A stretch of 64,000 nt of DNA from Pelomyxa schiedti (lineage: Eukaryota > Protista > Evosea), in assembly GCA_020536535.1 (NCBI GenBank), contig JAHLWZ010000450.1, positions 1 to 64,000 on the forward strand, in the 5' to 3' direction. The notes beneath the pieces were generated by a model. It was not told where the DNA came from. It worked only from the letters and a program-made list of their open reading frames with translations, and did not search any database. Below are positions 37,645 through 50,230 of this stretch, piece by piece (position 1 is the stretch's first letter; every line of letters starts with the position of its first letter). Position numbers and translations under genes: made by a program.

Positions 37645-38496
37645 CTATAGCAGGTTGCACCCTCCCCCATCCTTTTTGCCTCCTTTCGCCTTTCCTCCTT
37701 TACCAGTGGTAGTGGTACTTTTCTGCAGGCCTGAAACACCACCCGATGGTTTTTTTGCTTTATCGGCAGCATCTTTCCCAGCCACAACCCGCGTTAGTAG
37801 GTCGTTGAAGATTTCATTCACGTTTGTGCCGTTAAGTGCACAAGCCTGCAAAAACCTAAGCAAAAAAAAAAAGTTCTAGACAGGGTCTTACCTCGAAATA
37901 GGATGCACCGATTTGTGCCGCTGCCTGTTCCGCCTGTTCTCTGGTGACGACTCTCTCCAAATCGGTTTTGTTTCCGACGACGAATACAACCTTGTTTTCA
38001 CTGGCACAGTAGCGTTTGATCTCGTCTCCCCAGTCAACAACTCGCGAGAAGGTTTCTTCGTCGTTGAGATCAAACACGACCATATAACCTTCGCTTCGTT
38101 TGTAGGCGGCCGTTGTAAGATGTCTGAATCTTTCTTCGCCTGAACTGTCCCACGTCTATAGGACAAGGGTTAGGAACTAGGGAAACATTTGTGTTGTACT
38201 ACAAGAGTGAAATCATGTACTTTTTTTTTTTGTTGAATTTCATTGTATGGTAATGCTTATGTTTATGTGTTGGTTTAGTGAAGCACAAGTACCTTGACGC
38301 ATATTTTTCGATCAGGTGCATCGATGTTCTTGATGTGGAAACCCTGTGCGTTCGGGGCAGCGGCGACACCAGGGCCTTGCATGTAGCACGACACGAAAGT
38401 GGTTTTACCACTACCGGCCTCACCGCACATCATTAATTCTATCTCCAGTTTGGGTATGGCAGCGGGAGTGGCTGCGCCTTTGGTCTTCTTCGACAT
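37645..38496 (-). CDS. Divergent Rab-family small GTPase with CaaX end
   Basis: G1 GEAGSGKT, G3 WDSSGEE, RFRHLT..Y, G4 GNKTD, G5 EACA and C-terminal CNLL. Two GT-AG introns. Confidence 0.85.
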
Positions 38497-38998
38497 GTTG
38501 TCTTGTTCGTTTGTCGCGCTGCGTGTGTGTTTGGTTTTGTGGTTTTTTTTTTTTTTTGTGTTCGTTTTTCGGTTCTTGCCCGGTTACTTTTTTTTCCTTC
38601 ACATTTGAAAATAAAATCATTTTTCTGTGGATCATTCTTTACTTGAAAACAGTTGCTTTTATTTTTGCTCTTCACCACTATGGAATGGAAATCTCAGGAG
38701 CTCCTTTTCTCTTACGGTAAGCACCTTTGTGTCCTGATCCACTTTCCCAATGAGAAAAGTTCCTTCTGATTTGATCCAGACATGTTTTCGGTCTATGTGA
38801 GAAGACCTACCTGCCATTCCCATCCTCATCGAAAAATGCATTATCACCGCAAGGCCCAGCTCTTCTGGAGTGACAGTCTGCAGCCCCTCCGGCCCACTCA
38901 GGTTCCAACCGAAATACCCTTGAATTCTTCGTCAGATTCGCTGGTTTGCTAGCAACAATAAACAATACGTCCAACTCACAACCGAAATAGAAACAAAA

Positions 38999-40234
38999 AT
39001 GGCCAAGGAACTGATCGCCAAAGGTGATGAGGCGTATTTCGACGACCAGTTCGAAAGCGCGCTGGCGTCGTACACCGCGGCGCTGGACCTCGACAGGTCG
39101 AGCACGGACGCCCTCGTGAGGCGCGCGCAGACGCACATCAAGATGTCCAACTTCCTCGACGCCGTCGCCGACGCCAGCGCGGCCATCGCCCTCGACCCCC
39201 GCAACGCCAAGGCCTTCCTGAAGAAGGGGGTCGCGGCCTTTTCCCTCGACGAGTTCGAGACCGCCCTCGAGGCCTTCCACGCCGTGGCTGAGCTAGATCC
39301 TTCTGAGGCGTCTTGCAAGATGTGGATTCGCAAATGCAAGGTCGAGCTGGGAATCACAGAGCCCAATCCCAAATCATCTGCAACTGCAGCCCCAACGACG
39401 CGCACGTCACATGCAACTGCAGCCCCAACGACGCCTTCGTCACATGCAATAACTACTCGGTCAGGACCAATAGGTAGTGAACCGATTGTGGCCTCAAAGC
39501 CGGCCTCAAAGCCTGCAGATACAAATACAAATATTAGTACTAATACTGATCCAAGTTCAAATACACCTGCAAATGGAAATACCACTCCAGCTCAACCGAC
39601 AGCACCTTCAGTGGTTACCACTCCAACTCCAACTCCTACCCCTACTCCTGCTCCCGTTTTTAAGCCCATTGCGCCTAAGAAGTATGATTGGTATCAAAAT
39701 GCAACGCATGTGGTGATTGAGGTGTTCCAGAAAAAAGTGCAGGAGCGGGATGTAAGTCTGGATGTGACAGAGCGCCACATGGACCTGAACATAAAGCTTC
39801 CAGAGGGGCGCGAATTCACCCTTGATATCAACCTGTGGGGCCCAGTGATATCTGGAGACACCACCAGGACTGTCATGCAGACCAAGGTGGAGATCAAACT
39901 GAAGAAGCAAAAAGCGGGGCAGACCTGGGCATCACTGGAGCCAATTACCGCCGCGCCCAAAGCACCGTCTCACCCGGGAACATCCAAGGACTGGGATAAG
40001 ATTGTGAATGAAGGCGAGAAGGACGAGGACAAGCCCACCGGTGACGCGGCACTGCAGGCTGTGTTCCAGCAGATTTTCGCCAACGGCTCGGAGGAGCAGC
40101 GCAGGGCAATGGTCAAGTCTTTCACTGAGAGCGGTGGCACAGTCTTGTCCACGAACTGGGAGGAAGTTGGAAAGGGGCACGTCAAGGGTTCACCTCCACC
40201 CGGACAGGAAATGCACAAGTGGGGTGACGATTGA
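38999..40234 (+). CDS. SGT1: SGT1 (suppressor of G2 allele of SKP1) Hsp90 co-chaperone
   Basis: N-terminal TPRs, CS domain (KYDWYQ...TKVEIKLKK..W..LE) and SGS domain (ALQAVFQQIFANGSEEQRRAMVKSFTESGGTVLSTNWEEV). Intronless. Confidence 0.97.
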   Translation: MAKELIAKGDEAYFDDQFESALASYTAALDLDRSSTDALVRRAQTHIKMSNFLDAVADASAAIALDPRNAKAFLKKGVAAFSLDEFETALEAFHAVAELDPSEASCKMWIRKCKVELGITEPNPKSSATAAPTTRTSHATAAPTTPSSHAITTRSGPIGSEPIVASKPASKPADTNTNISTNTDPSSNTPANGNTTPAQPTAPSVVTTPTPTPTPTPAPVFKPIAPKKYDWYQNATHVVIEVFQKKVQERDVSLDVTERHMDLNIKLPEGREFTLDINLWGPVISGDTTRTVMQTKVEIKLKKQKAGQTWASLEPITAAPKAPSHPGTSKDWDKIVNEGEKDEDKPTGDAALQAVFQQIFANGSEEQRRAMVKSFTESGGTVLSTNWEEVGKGHVKGSPPPGQEMHKWGDD

Positions 40235-40516
40235 AACCACACAATGCCGGAACCAAGTGGTACTACTTACTTGTTCCTCACGGGTTATCCAAACTAAACT
40301 AAACTAACATTACCATTACTTCGCCGTAAATAATACTCAAACCCAACACAAAACTCCAATAGAACTAAGTTCCATTTAGTTAGACTCTGTTGGCTCACTA
40401 TGCATCCCACCCAAACGAAATTCCATTCCACCCTGTCACTTGCATTTTTTTGAAAGTTCCAATAAAAACTGTTGATTCCGAATCAGAAAGCCACAAAAAA
40501 ACAAAGAAAAGGAAAC

Positions 40517-42575
40517 ATGAAGGGCAGTTTCGGGGGTAGCAGGGGAATGATGAATTCGCAACGGCATGCTACGTACTGCAGTCCTCAATCTCACACTGCC
40601 ACATACGGCAGTCAATCTGACCAGCGGCAGTTGCCAATGATGGGACCCACGGCGCCTCCCGTATCTGGAAACACTCGCGGGTGCACCAATCCTGAGACGT
40701 GCACCACTACCACTTCCAATTCCACTTCCACCTCAACACCGACGTCAGCAGCGGCCACAGCAACGCCCGTAGCCGATGCCAGCAGCACCAGCAGCACAAC
40801 GACCAGCAGCACCGATAATGGCGGTGTCGGCAGCCCGACAAGCACTTGTGGGACAGGAGAAGGGAGCCACAGCCGCGGCCACAGGCGCACGTACACGGCG
40901 GACTGGGCGTCGTTGGACGCGAGGCCCCTGCCAAAGTGGTACGCGGACGCCAAGTTCGGCGTGTTCATCCACTGGGGTGTCTATGCCGTCCCTGCTTTTG
41001 CTGTCCACAAGGTTTGGTTAGAGCCACGTGGTTGCGCAACCACCCAACTTAATTGCTATTTAGTTTTTGGTTTTGGTTTTTTGGGTCTGTTGGGCTTTTT
41101 TTTTAGTTTTGTTTTGTTTTGTTTTGTTTTGTTTTGTTTTGTTTGTTTGTTTGTTTGTTTGGCTGTTTTGGACTTACTTGCATACTTACTTTGAGTAGAG
41201 AGGAGGGGCGGAGTGGTACTTGAGAAAGTTGCAGACACCCAGTAGAGATGACGGTGCAACGCGACAGCACCATTCTGAGATGTACGGACCAAATTTTCCC
41301 TATTCGGAGTTCGCGCCTCAGTTCAATGCTAGTAAGTGGGATCCAAATGAGTGGGCAAGCATTTTCGCTGCCGCTGGAGCTAAATATGTTGTCCTGGTAG
41401 GTGATAGACTTATATATTTTGCTTGCAAGTGCTAACCACAAAGTACAATAGACTTCCAAGCATCATGAAGGATTTTGCCTTTGGGGGAGCAAAATGCACC
41501 CCCAGTGGAACGCAGTTGATGTACCTTCCAACCCCCAAAGAAAACTAAAAAATGATGCACTCACTAATACGTAGGTAGGACCACATAGAGACTTGATAAA
41601 GGCACTCTCTGAAGCAGTTCGTGCCAAGGGTATGAAATTTGGACTGTACTATTCCCTGCTGGAGTGGTCCTCGGATATATCTGACGGGTACATTGCTTCT
41701 ACTCGCTGAATTTCTAACAATTCCACAGTAAAAACATTGCAAGACCTAATGTGGTTGCCAGTGATCTGAGAGAGTTGGTGCAGACCTACAAACCAAGTGT
41801 TCTATGGTTTGATGGTAATTGGGGAAGAACCGCTGAATTCTGGAGAACCAAGGAATTTCTTGCATGGCTCTACAATGAAAGTGATGTACGCGACGAAGTT
41901 GTCGTTAATGATAGACTTGGTGAAGGCTGCTCTGGATTCCATGGTGACTTTTATAACGGTAGGGATAGATTTATTGCCACTGGCACTCTTGTTCACAAGT
42001 GGGAGTGCTGCATGACAATTGGGAGCAGCTGGGGTCATAATTCCTATCTTAAACCCTCTTACTACAAGAGGAGAGATGAGCTCTTGAGGACACTGATAGA
42101 AGTTGTGGCAAAAAATGGGAACCTTCTCTTAAATGTTGGACCCACCTCTGAAGGATTGATTGTTGATGAAGAGACAAGCGCACTGCTAGACATTGGTTCA
42201 TGGTTGAATGAACGAGGCTGTGCCATTTTCAGCACTTCCCCATGGCCGCGTGCACACAATGCGGGGTGTGTCAGCTACACAGTGGATGAGAGGGGCACTG
42301 TATATGCTCTGGTAACAAGCCCTTCAGGAGGCTCTTCTTCCACCAAGATTATTCTCCGTGGGATTCCTCGCCCATCAAGGATTGTGTCCATTCCCATGGA
42401 AGAGATAACAGTGGAGTTTTCCAATGGCGAGAGCGTGGTTCGATTCACACACATGACCCAGTTCCCAGTGGTTCTCCAGCTCCAGTACAACGAGGCACCC
42501 CCTGGGCCAACAAACAACAACACATCCACCACGCCAACTGCAACCCCACCACCACCAATGACCAACACTTCATAG
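40517..42575 (+). CDS. Alpha-L-fucosidase (GH29)
   Basis: YTADWASLDARPLPKWYADAKFGVFIHWGVYAVPAF, AGAKYVVL|TSKHHEGF, GLYYSLLEW, LWFDG, VVVNDR, KWECCMT and NGNLLLNVGP. Confidence 0.95.
41106..41160. repeat. (GTTTT)n/(GTTT)n microsatellite in a fucosidase intron
   Basis: Directly visible simple repeat. Confidence 0.9.
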
Positions 42576-43120
42576 CCAACAAACAACACTTAAACCAAAG
42601 TCCACACAGAAAACGACCCTTCAATCAACAATCCCTTGTTGGGCAATGTTACGTTATACACCGTGTGACCAGAAAAGGCACGCAGTGAGTTCACTTCCAT
42701 TGCACGAAAGCACCGACTTGCGATTTTTTCGTAGGGTTGGAAAGACGCGAGAGGTAAATTGTACTTCGGTGAACCCCAAAATTTCGTTGCCGAGACAGCC
42801 AACACGACGAAAATAGAGCCGAGCGAGGTTCTAAATTACAAAAAGAACAACATGTCTTTCAGATTTTTTTTCCCTTTCTACTTCTATTTGTTTTTTTTGA
42901 AAAAACAAAAAAAAAAAAAAACCAACAAGGCACACCGTACTACGCCAGCGCTGTGGTTCTGTTGATAATCACCGCAGTCAAGATCTTCACGTGCAAAGGT
43001 GACCTACAAGTTTGTTTGTTGGTGAGATCTAAGAGGGCGTAACCGACCGACGACGTCCCGGTTTTCGCGGCGCGAGTGCCAACTCAAACAGCGTCTTCTT
43101 AATTGGCCTCGAATACCCAC

Positions 43121-46100
43121 ATGTCCTCGGCGACAGGGGCGTGGCCTGCGTCTCCGCGCGCGAACGGCGTCCCGTCCCTCGGCCTCAACGGCGGCGTAAA
43201 ATCGCCTCGGCAACAATCAGGCCCCATTATTAATGATTACATACAACAGCAGCAGCAACAACAGGTCGGGAGTACCACCTCCCCTCGCTCTCAGCCACCT
43301 CAAGTTACCGTTACGTTCAATGCACAAGCTCCTGCCTACATCCCTCTAAGCGCTAAAACCCAGACACCGAAATGCCCTGTAACCGCCATAAATACTACCA
43401 AACTAGCACACAACAGTGGCACTGCTAGCAGCAATACCACAACACCAGCACCCTCCCTAGGAGGCCTTGGGTCCCCCAGGACTGTGAGTATTGTAACTTC
43501 CCCTCGAAGTTTGAATATCACTTCCCCTCGAAATCTGCCTATCACTTCCCCAAGAAATGCTACCATCACATCTCCAAGGAACAATACTATCACGTCCCCG
43601 AGAAGCGTGACTGTGACTTCTCCAAGAAGTATTGGAATCACCTCTCCTAGAGGTATAAGTGCTCCCAGCAATGCCCCTTCATCTAGTTATACGCCGCCGG
43701 GTTCTCCTAGTTCCTCTCTTCTTCATTCCCTTATTGCAGCCAGTGACGTTAACAATAATGGAGCCCATCTGAACGGACCTTACTCGGCTTATACAATGGC
43801 GCAGATGGGACAAATTGAAGATACTGCTACTACTGGCGCGGACAACTGCTATAGAGACCCTGGAGATTATTATGAGGATCAAGTGGGTAATGAGCTTGAC
43901 TATCAAGATTCCCCAAGGAGAATGTATGATTCGTACTCCTATCAAAATGGGTACGATGAAGGGGATATGGAAGACGACGACGGCAGTGAAGAATACAAGG
44001 ATAAGGCGTACGACTTCATAAATGGCCCCCATCCTGGTGTTATTTGGGACGAGGCAACGAACCAATTTCGTCCTGATCAGAGTGCAGAAAAGCTAGCCTT
44101 CGAAAAATATTGTACAGAATCTGATTCTCAAATGGAAAGTGGCCTTGAAGCATTGCATCTTCTGGATGACTATGAGTGAGCCTTTTTCCCATCCTTTTTT
44201 CTCTTTTATTCTTCTTTTCACACTGTGTTTAGGGGTTCTGACGGTTCGTTGAATGACATGAGTTCGATTGACATGGGTCTGTGGGGTTCCCCCACGACAC
44301 CCCTTACTCCTGATCCTTCTATTGAGGATTATTCGTTGTACAACCAATCCCTTATACACAAAAGCTCATCCCTACCGTTCATGCCACAATCAACAACAGC
44401 TTCTTCTGGTAACGCTCTCCGCAAACAGTTGTCATTTCCTGTGCCTATCTATCGTGGCCCAACCCCAACGGCATCTCCTAATATCAATCCAACTACCTCT
44501 AATGTACCTAATCTTCCGATTTCTACCTCACCCCCTCCCCAAACTCTTCCAATCACTTCCCGACTTGCCCAGGAGCAGGAAGTTTGCGGTTCGAGAATTT
44601 CTAGAAGCGTTCCTCCTCCTCAGTTTATTCCTGGCTTTATACTGAACGCCCCCCAAGTTCAAACTACTGAAGAACTACAGGTTCAATGCGAGTCAGATCA
44701 AGGATGGAAAACCGAGCACGACGGAAAAAGGCTACCTGAAAAAGAAGACGCATCCTTTTCGTATTTTCATTTTCCCAGTGGCTTTCAGCCTACCACCGTA
44801 ACACCGGCAGTGCTGATGCAACCTCCAGTTCCAAGGTCACATTCAGCAGACCACTTGGAGTCCTCTGGGCCACCGCCTCTTGATGTCGGTCCCACAACAG
44901 GTTTTCCACCCCCTTCACAGTCGCCTGCCTATTCTATGCCACAGCTTAATTTCACATCTCCCAATCCAGTTCTTGGTGGTAAACCGCCACAACCTCTTTC
45001 ACCGAGATCTTTGGAACAACAATCGTTTAAACCACTCTCTCCTCGCTCACAGGAACAAACAACCAAATTCCCACAGAATTCCCCCCGGGGTGACCAGCCA
45101 CCCTACAAACTTCCCTTGTCCTCCCCAAGATCCGTTGAACCTTCCACTGGTTACAAACTTCCTGTTTCTCCCAGGTCTGCTGAGTATAAGTTGTCACCAC
45201 GTTCTATTGAACAACCGCCCTATAAACCTTTATCCCCTCGCAGTGGTGACCAACAGCCAAGCTACAAAGCTCCACCATTATCCCCTAGATCAGCTGAGCA
45301 ACTGTCTTTGCAACAATCATATAAGGCAATATCCCCAAGAGGAACCGATCCACAGGCCTTCAAAACATCTCCCCGACCTGCTGCAGATCCACAACAAATG
45401 TACAAACCACTCTCCCCTCGTTCTAACGAGCAACCCTTCAAACTGTCCCCAAGAGGTGACCATGCATATACGAGACAACCTCTTCTCAACACACCAACTG
45501 TTCCCTCAATTGCACCAACGACATCTCTCCCAATTTTAAGACCCGATATTCCAAGAAGTATTGGTTACCCACTTGACTTGCCACCTCACTCCACCTATGA
45601 TATGCTTTCATCAAATGCACCGTTGCCTCTTCCCCAGGAGTCCCCAAGGCAGTATGCACCACAAGGTAATATCGTTTCTATGGCTTTGATTGTTACTCAC
45701 TGTTTGAAAAGATGGCTCAATTAATGATGACGCTCTCCTGATTCACAACAAAAGGGGAGAATTGGTGGAAAGCCCCAATTCTAGATTATCTTATAAAATG
45801 TTTTACCGGAAGTTTAAACAGACGGAGAAGGATGAGGGACTGAAAGCCGCCGTTAATTTTGCATTGCGCCATCTCTCAATTCTTCCTCACAAAGTCCACT
45901 GGAGGGTTTACCTTGAGATGGCAGATATGGCTAAACGTGAAAATGTTTTGGAAGAAGCACGAGACTATTATGAAAAAGTTACAGAGTTGCAACCCTATGC
46001 TTGTCAGGGGTGGCTGGAATACGCAAAAATGGAAGAAGAGTATGGGAGAGTTGAAGCGTGCAGGGTACCCTTCCAAACCTCTTCATCTCAGTTCTGATCA

Positions 46101-48076
46101 CATAAAGAACATTCTCGCAAGAGGCCTTAATAATTGCTCTTATAATGAAAGTTTAATGTTAAAGGCCATCAAGTTGGAAGAGAAGCTTGGCAACCTAGAT
46201 GCAGCTCGATCTTTGCTATCCCGAGTAAAGTGTGTAATAACGCAATTTAGTTACATCCTAACCACCCTCCAGACACTTCCCGGTTGAAAAGACTTGGAAG
46301 ACCATGCTTGAGGGTGCTTTATTGGAGGCCAGAAATGGCAATATTACCCTTGCACGGCACATTTTTAGGGTTTGGCCATTCTCAATCTGGAAGTGCTATT
46401 AACAACTTGGCCACAGTATTTGATCCGACATGCACCCTGGTTTGGCCCTATTTACCAAGAAGCATATCGCTTTGAGGAAAAATATGAATTTTATGACAAA
46501 GCTGTTACTATAGTGGAGACTGGCTTGAAGCAGTGCACACGGTAGGTAAAATTCTTAATCCATGAACCTTAAACATGTTTAGTTATGGTCCACTGTGGTT
46601 TTCTGCCCTACGGATCCATGAGAAAATTTCCAAAGGAAATTTAGAAAAAACGCGCCTGATAGTTGAGAGAGCTGTACAACAAATTTCCAAGGTACACATA
46701 CCGACGTTGTGAAACCTACTGAGCCATGTAGGAGCTGGTTTGGAAAATTTATTTTGAAGCTGCGCAAATAGAAGATAGGGCAGGTAACTGCGAAAAAGCT
46801 AGGGATATGTACGTTCATGCTGTTTTCAGTTGCCCTGAAAATTTGTTGTGGAAAATCTGGCTTGGAGGTAACACAACTCAGCAGGAGCTCTTTTCTTACC
46901 AAAAACTAGGAGCAAGAACAGAGCTTGGGGCTGACGAAATTCTTGTCGGACGAATGCTTGTGAGACGTGCTCTACAGGAAGTACCCTTAAAAATGAGGCC
47001 AACAGTACTGCTCGACAAGTCCAGGCTTGAAGAGTACGCAGGTGACATTGAAGCTGCAAGAAACATACTTTCCAGTGCAAGAAAAGAATATTCATACGAG
47101 TGGAAGGTAATAAAATTCATACCTCGCAAGTTTTAGACACCATCCCAGGTGTATCTCGAAAGTGTACTTCTGGAAATTCGCGCTGGAAATATCCCAGGTG
47201 CCCTTGCAGCAGTGAAAGAAGCACTCAAAGTAAGTTTGTAAGCTATTGTCTCGAACCTGAATCTCTATAGATACACACATCCACTGGTCGCTTGTGGGCA
47301 GTCTTTATACAATTGAAACAATCAAGTGGAACTGAAGCCCAAATGAAAGTGTTCCAGAAAGCACTCCGAGAGGTAATCTAAAGCACTAAGTACGGGAGTA
47401 ACCTTCTCAAGGTACCCAAGTCAGGGGAAGTGTGGTGTGAAGGTGCTCGAATTTATCTTTACCAAAACGACTTCAAAGAGGCCAAAAAGTGTGCTCCCCG
47501 ACTCAACATGTGCATTAATTAATATGGTTGCTCAAGAGCTTTGAAGTTTGCTATACAGTTCACCCCTCAGTATGGGGACTCCTTTATCGAGTGCCTTCAC
47601 AGAAAAATCTTATGTAAGGGTATTTCCTGTGATACCGATAATATTGAACAGGTAAGTGAGAACGTCCACTCTGGCGTTTGTGTTTAACATTTAAACAGCG
47701 GTGCATAAATGCAGAACCTAACTATGGGCCAATGTGGTTGCACTGTAAAACACACCCACTTGATTCATCCAGGCAGGTTCTTCGTACAGCTAAACAACTT
47801 CTTATCAAGGCACTTGCTGATAAGTGCCCTGTTGGTGCTGGTAGTGCCGGCAACCACAGTACTATTACCGCCCTTTCCCTGCCACCTGCCAACCAGCCAG
47901 GCGAGGTACCCCCAAACACTTCTTCCGCTTCAGCTCCTAGCAGCCCGAAGGACCAGCCGGATGACGAAGCAACTAACTCTCTATTTAACCTCAATGCCAT
48001 GCATCAGTGCCATGCTGGTGTGATACCAGCTGAGCGCCGCAAACTCATTTTTGGATCAGACCAGATCAAGCCGTGA
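43121..48076 (+). CDS. HAT/TPR-repeat protein (Prp6 C-terminal-like) with a long disordered SPR-rich N-terminus
   Basis: HAT-like helices WRVYLEMADMAKRE, GWLEYAKMEEEYG, WKIYFEAAQIE, VPKSGEVWCEGAR, FTPQYGDSFIE and CINAEPNYGPMW. About 25 S-P-R motifs upstream. Confidence 0.8.
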
Positions 48077-48589
48077 TTAAAGCCGTCACTTTAACAAGTA
48101 AACTCCGTCATTGCCCGCAATGATACATACCAACCCTACCTAGGTGAACAGAGCCCCCTGTTTCATACTTCCCAACAACAGCTGGAACTATGTAACAATA
48201 TTTTTGTTGGTGGAGGGCGTAGCGGGATGTGGATAACACCCCATCCCAAAAACAATGTAAAACTTTTGTGTAAGCCACGTTTTTGCATTGCCAGCCAGAA
48301 AGAAGCCTTTTTGCTTATTTTTTTACCCTGTCTTCCCAGTACCACATTCCTCTTCAATGAAGCCACTTCGCCCGTCTGGAGATTTTCGATGAAACGGTTT
48401 TTCCAAGCCGAGAATCCTCAGCTTTTTTCCAAAAGAAAGCCTTTTCCTTTCCCCCGGGCTGTACCTCCCGGGAACGAAATCTTATCTGTGGTTTGTCTAA
48501 AGAACCAAGTTTTTCGTGGCGTTGTCTTGGAGATAGTTGACATTTAAAAAAAAAAACAAACCACTATTGACAACCTGCAGCAGCAGTTT

Positions 48590-49922
48590 ATGCACAAGGC
48601 AGCTGCCTTTTTTTTACTGTCCAAGATCCGCCCGTCACAAACACATAATGCCTCATCTTGCTCTGTGTCATCATCAGAAACACCAGAAACCACAACAAAC
48701 CGCTGTTATGAAGGGGACTTGGAGGCCCTGAGCGCCGTTGCTGCCGAAGAAGCCATGTTGCAGCCTGTCGACATGACGTCGTCAGTGGGGATGTTGAGCT
48801 GCCGACCGCTGCCTGATTTGTTCGCCAGGTTGGGTCTTATATCTCTTTTTTTCTTATTGTCTCTTAATCATTGCGTAGTTTGGCTGCGGATATGTCACTG
48901 CCTCATTCTGTTGTCATCGTGGCTTGTATTTTGGCTCAGAGATGTTGTCAAAGGCTTCCGCTCACACTCGAAAACGTTCGAGAAATAGCTTTGGCATGTC
49001 TAGTCATCTCCTCTAAGTATGCTCACTAGTTGTGGATGCCTATTTCTTTGCTTATCTAGTTTCCAGGATATTATTAGACGATTTCTTACATTCAGCCCCT
49101 TTTCCTGCTTATGCAATATTCGCTAGGGCTGCTGGAGTAAGCTCAAATAAACTAGCGTCCTCTGAAAAGTTCGTATTATCCTCTGGGCTCAGGTTCAACT
49201 TATGTGTGGACCAAACGGAATACCCTGCATTTGCCTCAATGCTGGGTACTATGTCCCAGAACATTCCAGCCTCAATCTTTGGTGCGCGTCCTATTTTCGG
49301 CCACTGCGTCGCTTCACCTGTACCGACCAAAGAGTCACCAAAACAGAAGAGCGAAGTTTCACCCCCAATTTCTGCGCGAAGCACAACTGGGGGTGCAACG
49401 AGGATCGGGCCTCACCAAGTCACATCTCCGCGCGTAGTACCAAAGCCAAAAAGTGAGTCACTCACCACATCAACTTCTGTGCTGTCTCCTGACTCTCTCC
49501 GGGCTCAAAAGCAAAATCTAAGCCTCAGTGATGTTACACCACTCCCCTTGCAGAAGATTGACTTCCGTCGCACTGCCAGCGACAATAACCTGTACTCTCG
49601 GGTAAATTTGAATTCGTGTGAACTGCCACAAGTGCACCACAGTCACCACGTAACCACCTCCCTCAGAGCCTCAGGCACCACTCAGCACAGACACACAACA
49701 AACACAGAGGCCAGCCCGCAACTTCACTCACGCACCCCGCCCTCTGCAACAACCACAACCACAACCGCAACAGCAGCAACCACAACAACTTCTTCCTCCT
49801 CGCTGCCTCCACTTGCACCCAGCAACAAACCCCACACAGTATCGCCAAACCAGCACAGGCACCAATCACCCAGCACCAATCACAGGCCCTTCTCGCCTCT
49901 CCCGCCCATATCACACACCTGA
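48590..49922 (+). CDS. Pho80/Pcl (cyclin P/U)-like cyclin with disordered tail (start uncertain)
   Basis: Spliced cyclin box SVVIVACILAQR...LTLENVREIALACLVISSK|ILLDD...FARAAGVSSNKLASSEKFVL...LRFNLCV. Confidence 0.75.
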
Positions 49923-50230
49923 ATCATAGCAATCACCTGTCACAGCACTACCCCCTCAACACCCCAACCCACCCTTGTACTTGTACTTATGGCTTTTTGT
50001 TGTTTGTACTTCTAAAAATTGCTGATAAGGCCAAGTGACGTCCCATCATCGATGATGATGAACACTCCCATCAAACATTCCGTTCCGAGTTCGGTTTTTT
50101 TTCCACTTGTGCTAGTGTTCCTTCGTGCAACTCCTGGCCACCCATTTATAAGTGCGGCTAGCGCCATCACAAAAACCAAACACAAAACAAACAGCCAGGG
50201 CGCCGAAGCGTTGCGACCAACAACAACGCC

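Noticed and set aside
39378-39450. 33-bp tandem duplication in the SGT1 linker
   Set aside because: Ordinary low-complexity linker expansion.
2149-40234. Immunity-like gene cluster (ART, ASCH, receptor kinase, F-box, SGT1)
   Set aside because: The genes are interspersed with unrelated ones, and there is no evidence of co-regulation or conserved synteny from this window.
43121-49922. Functional link between the SPR-rich protein and the adjacent cyclin
   Set aside because: Adjacency alone is weak evidence in a gene-dense eukaryotic genome.
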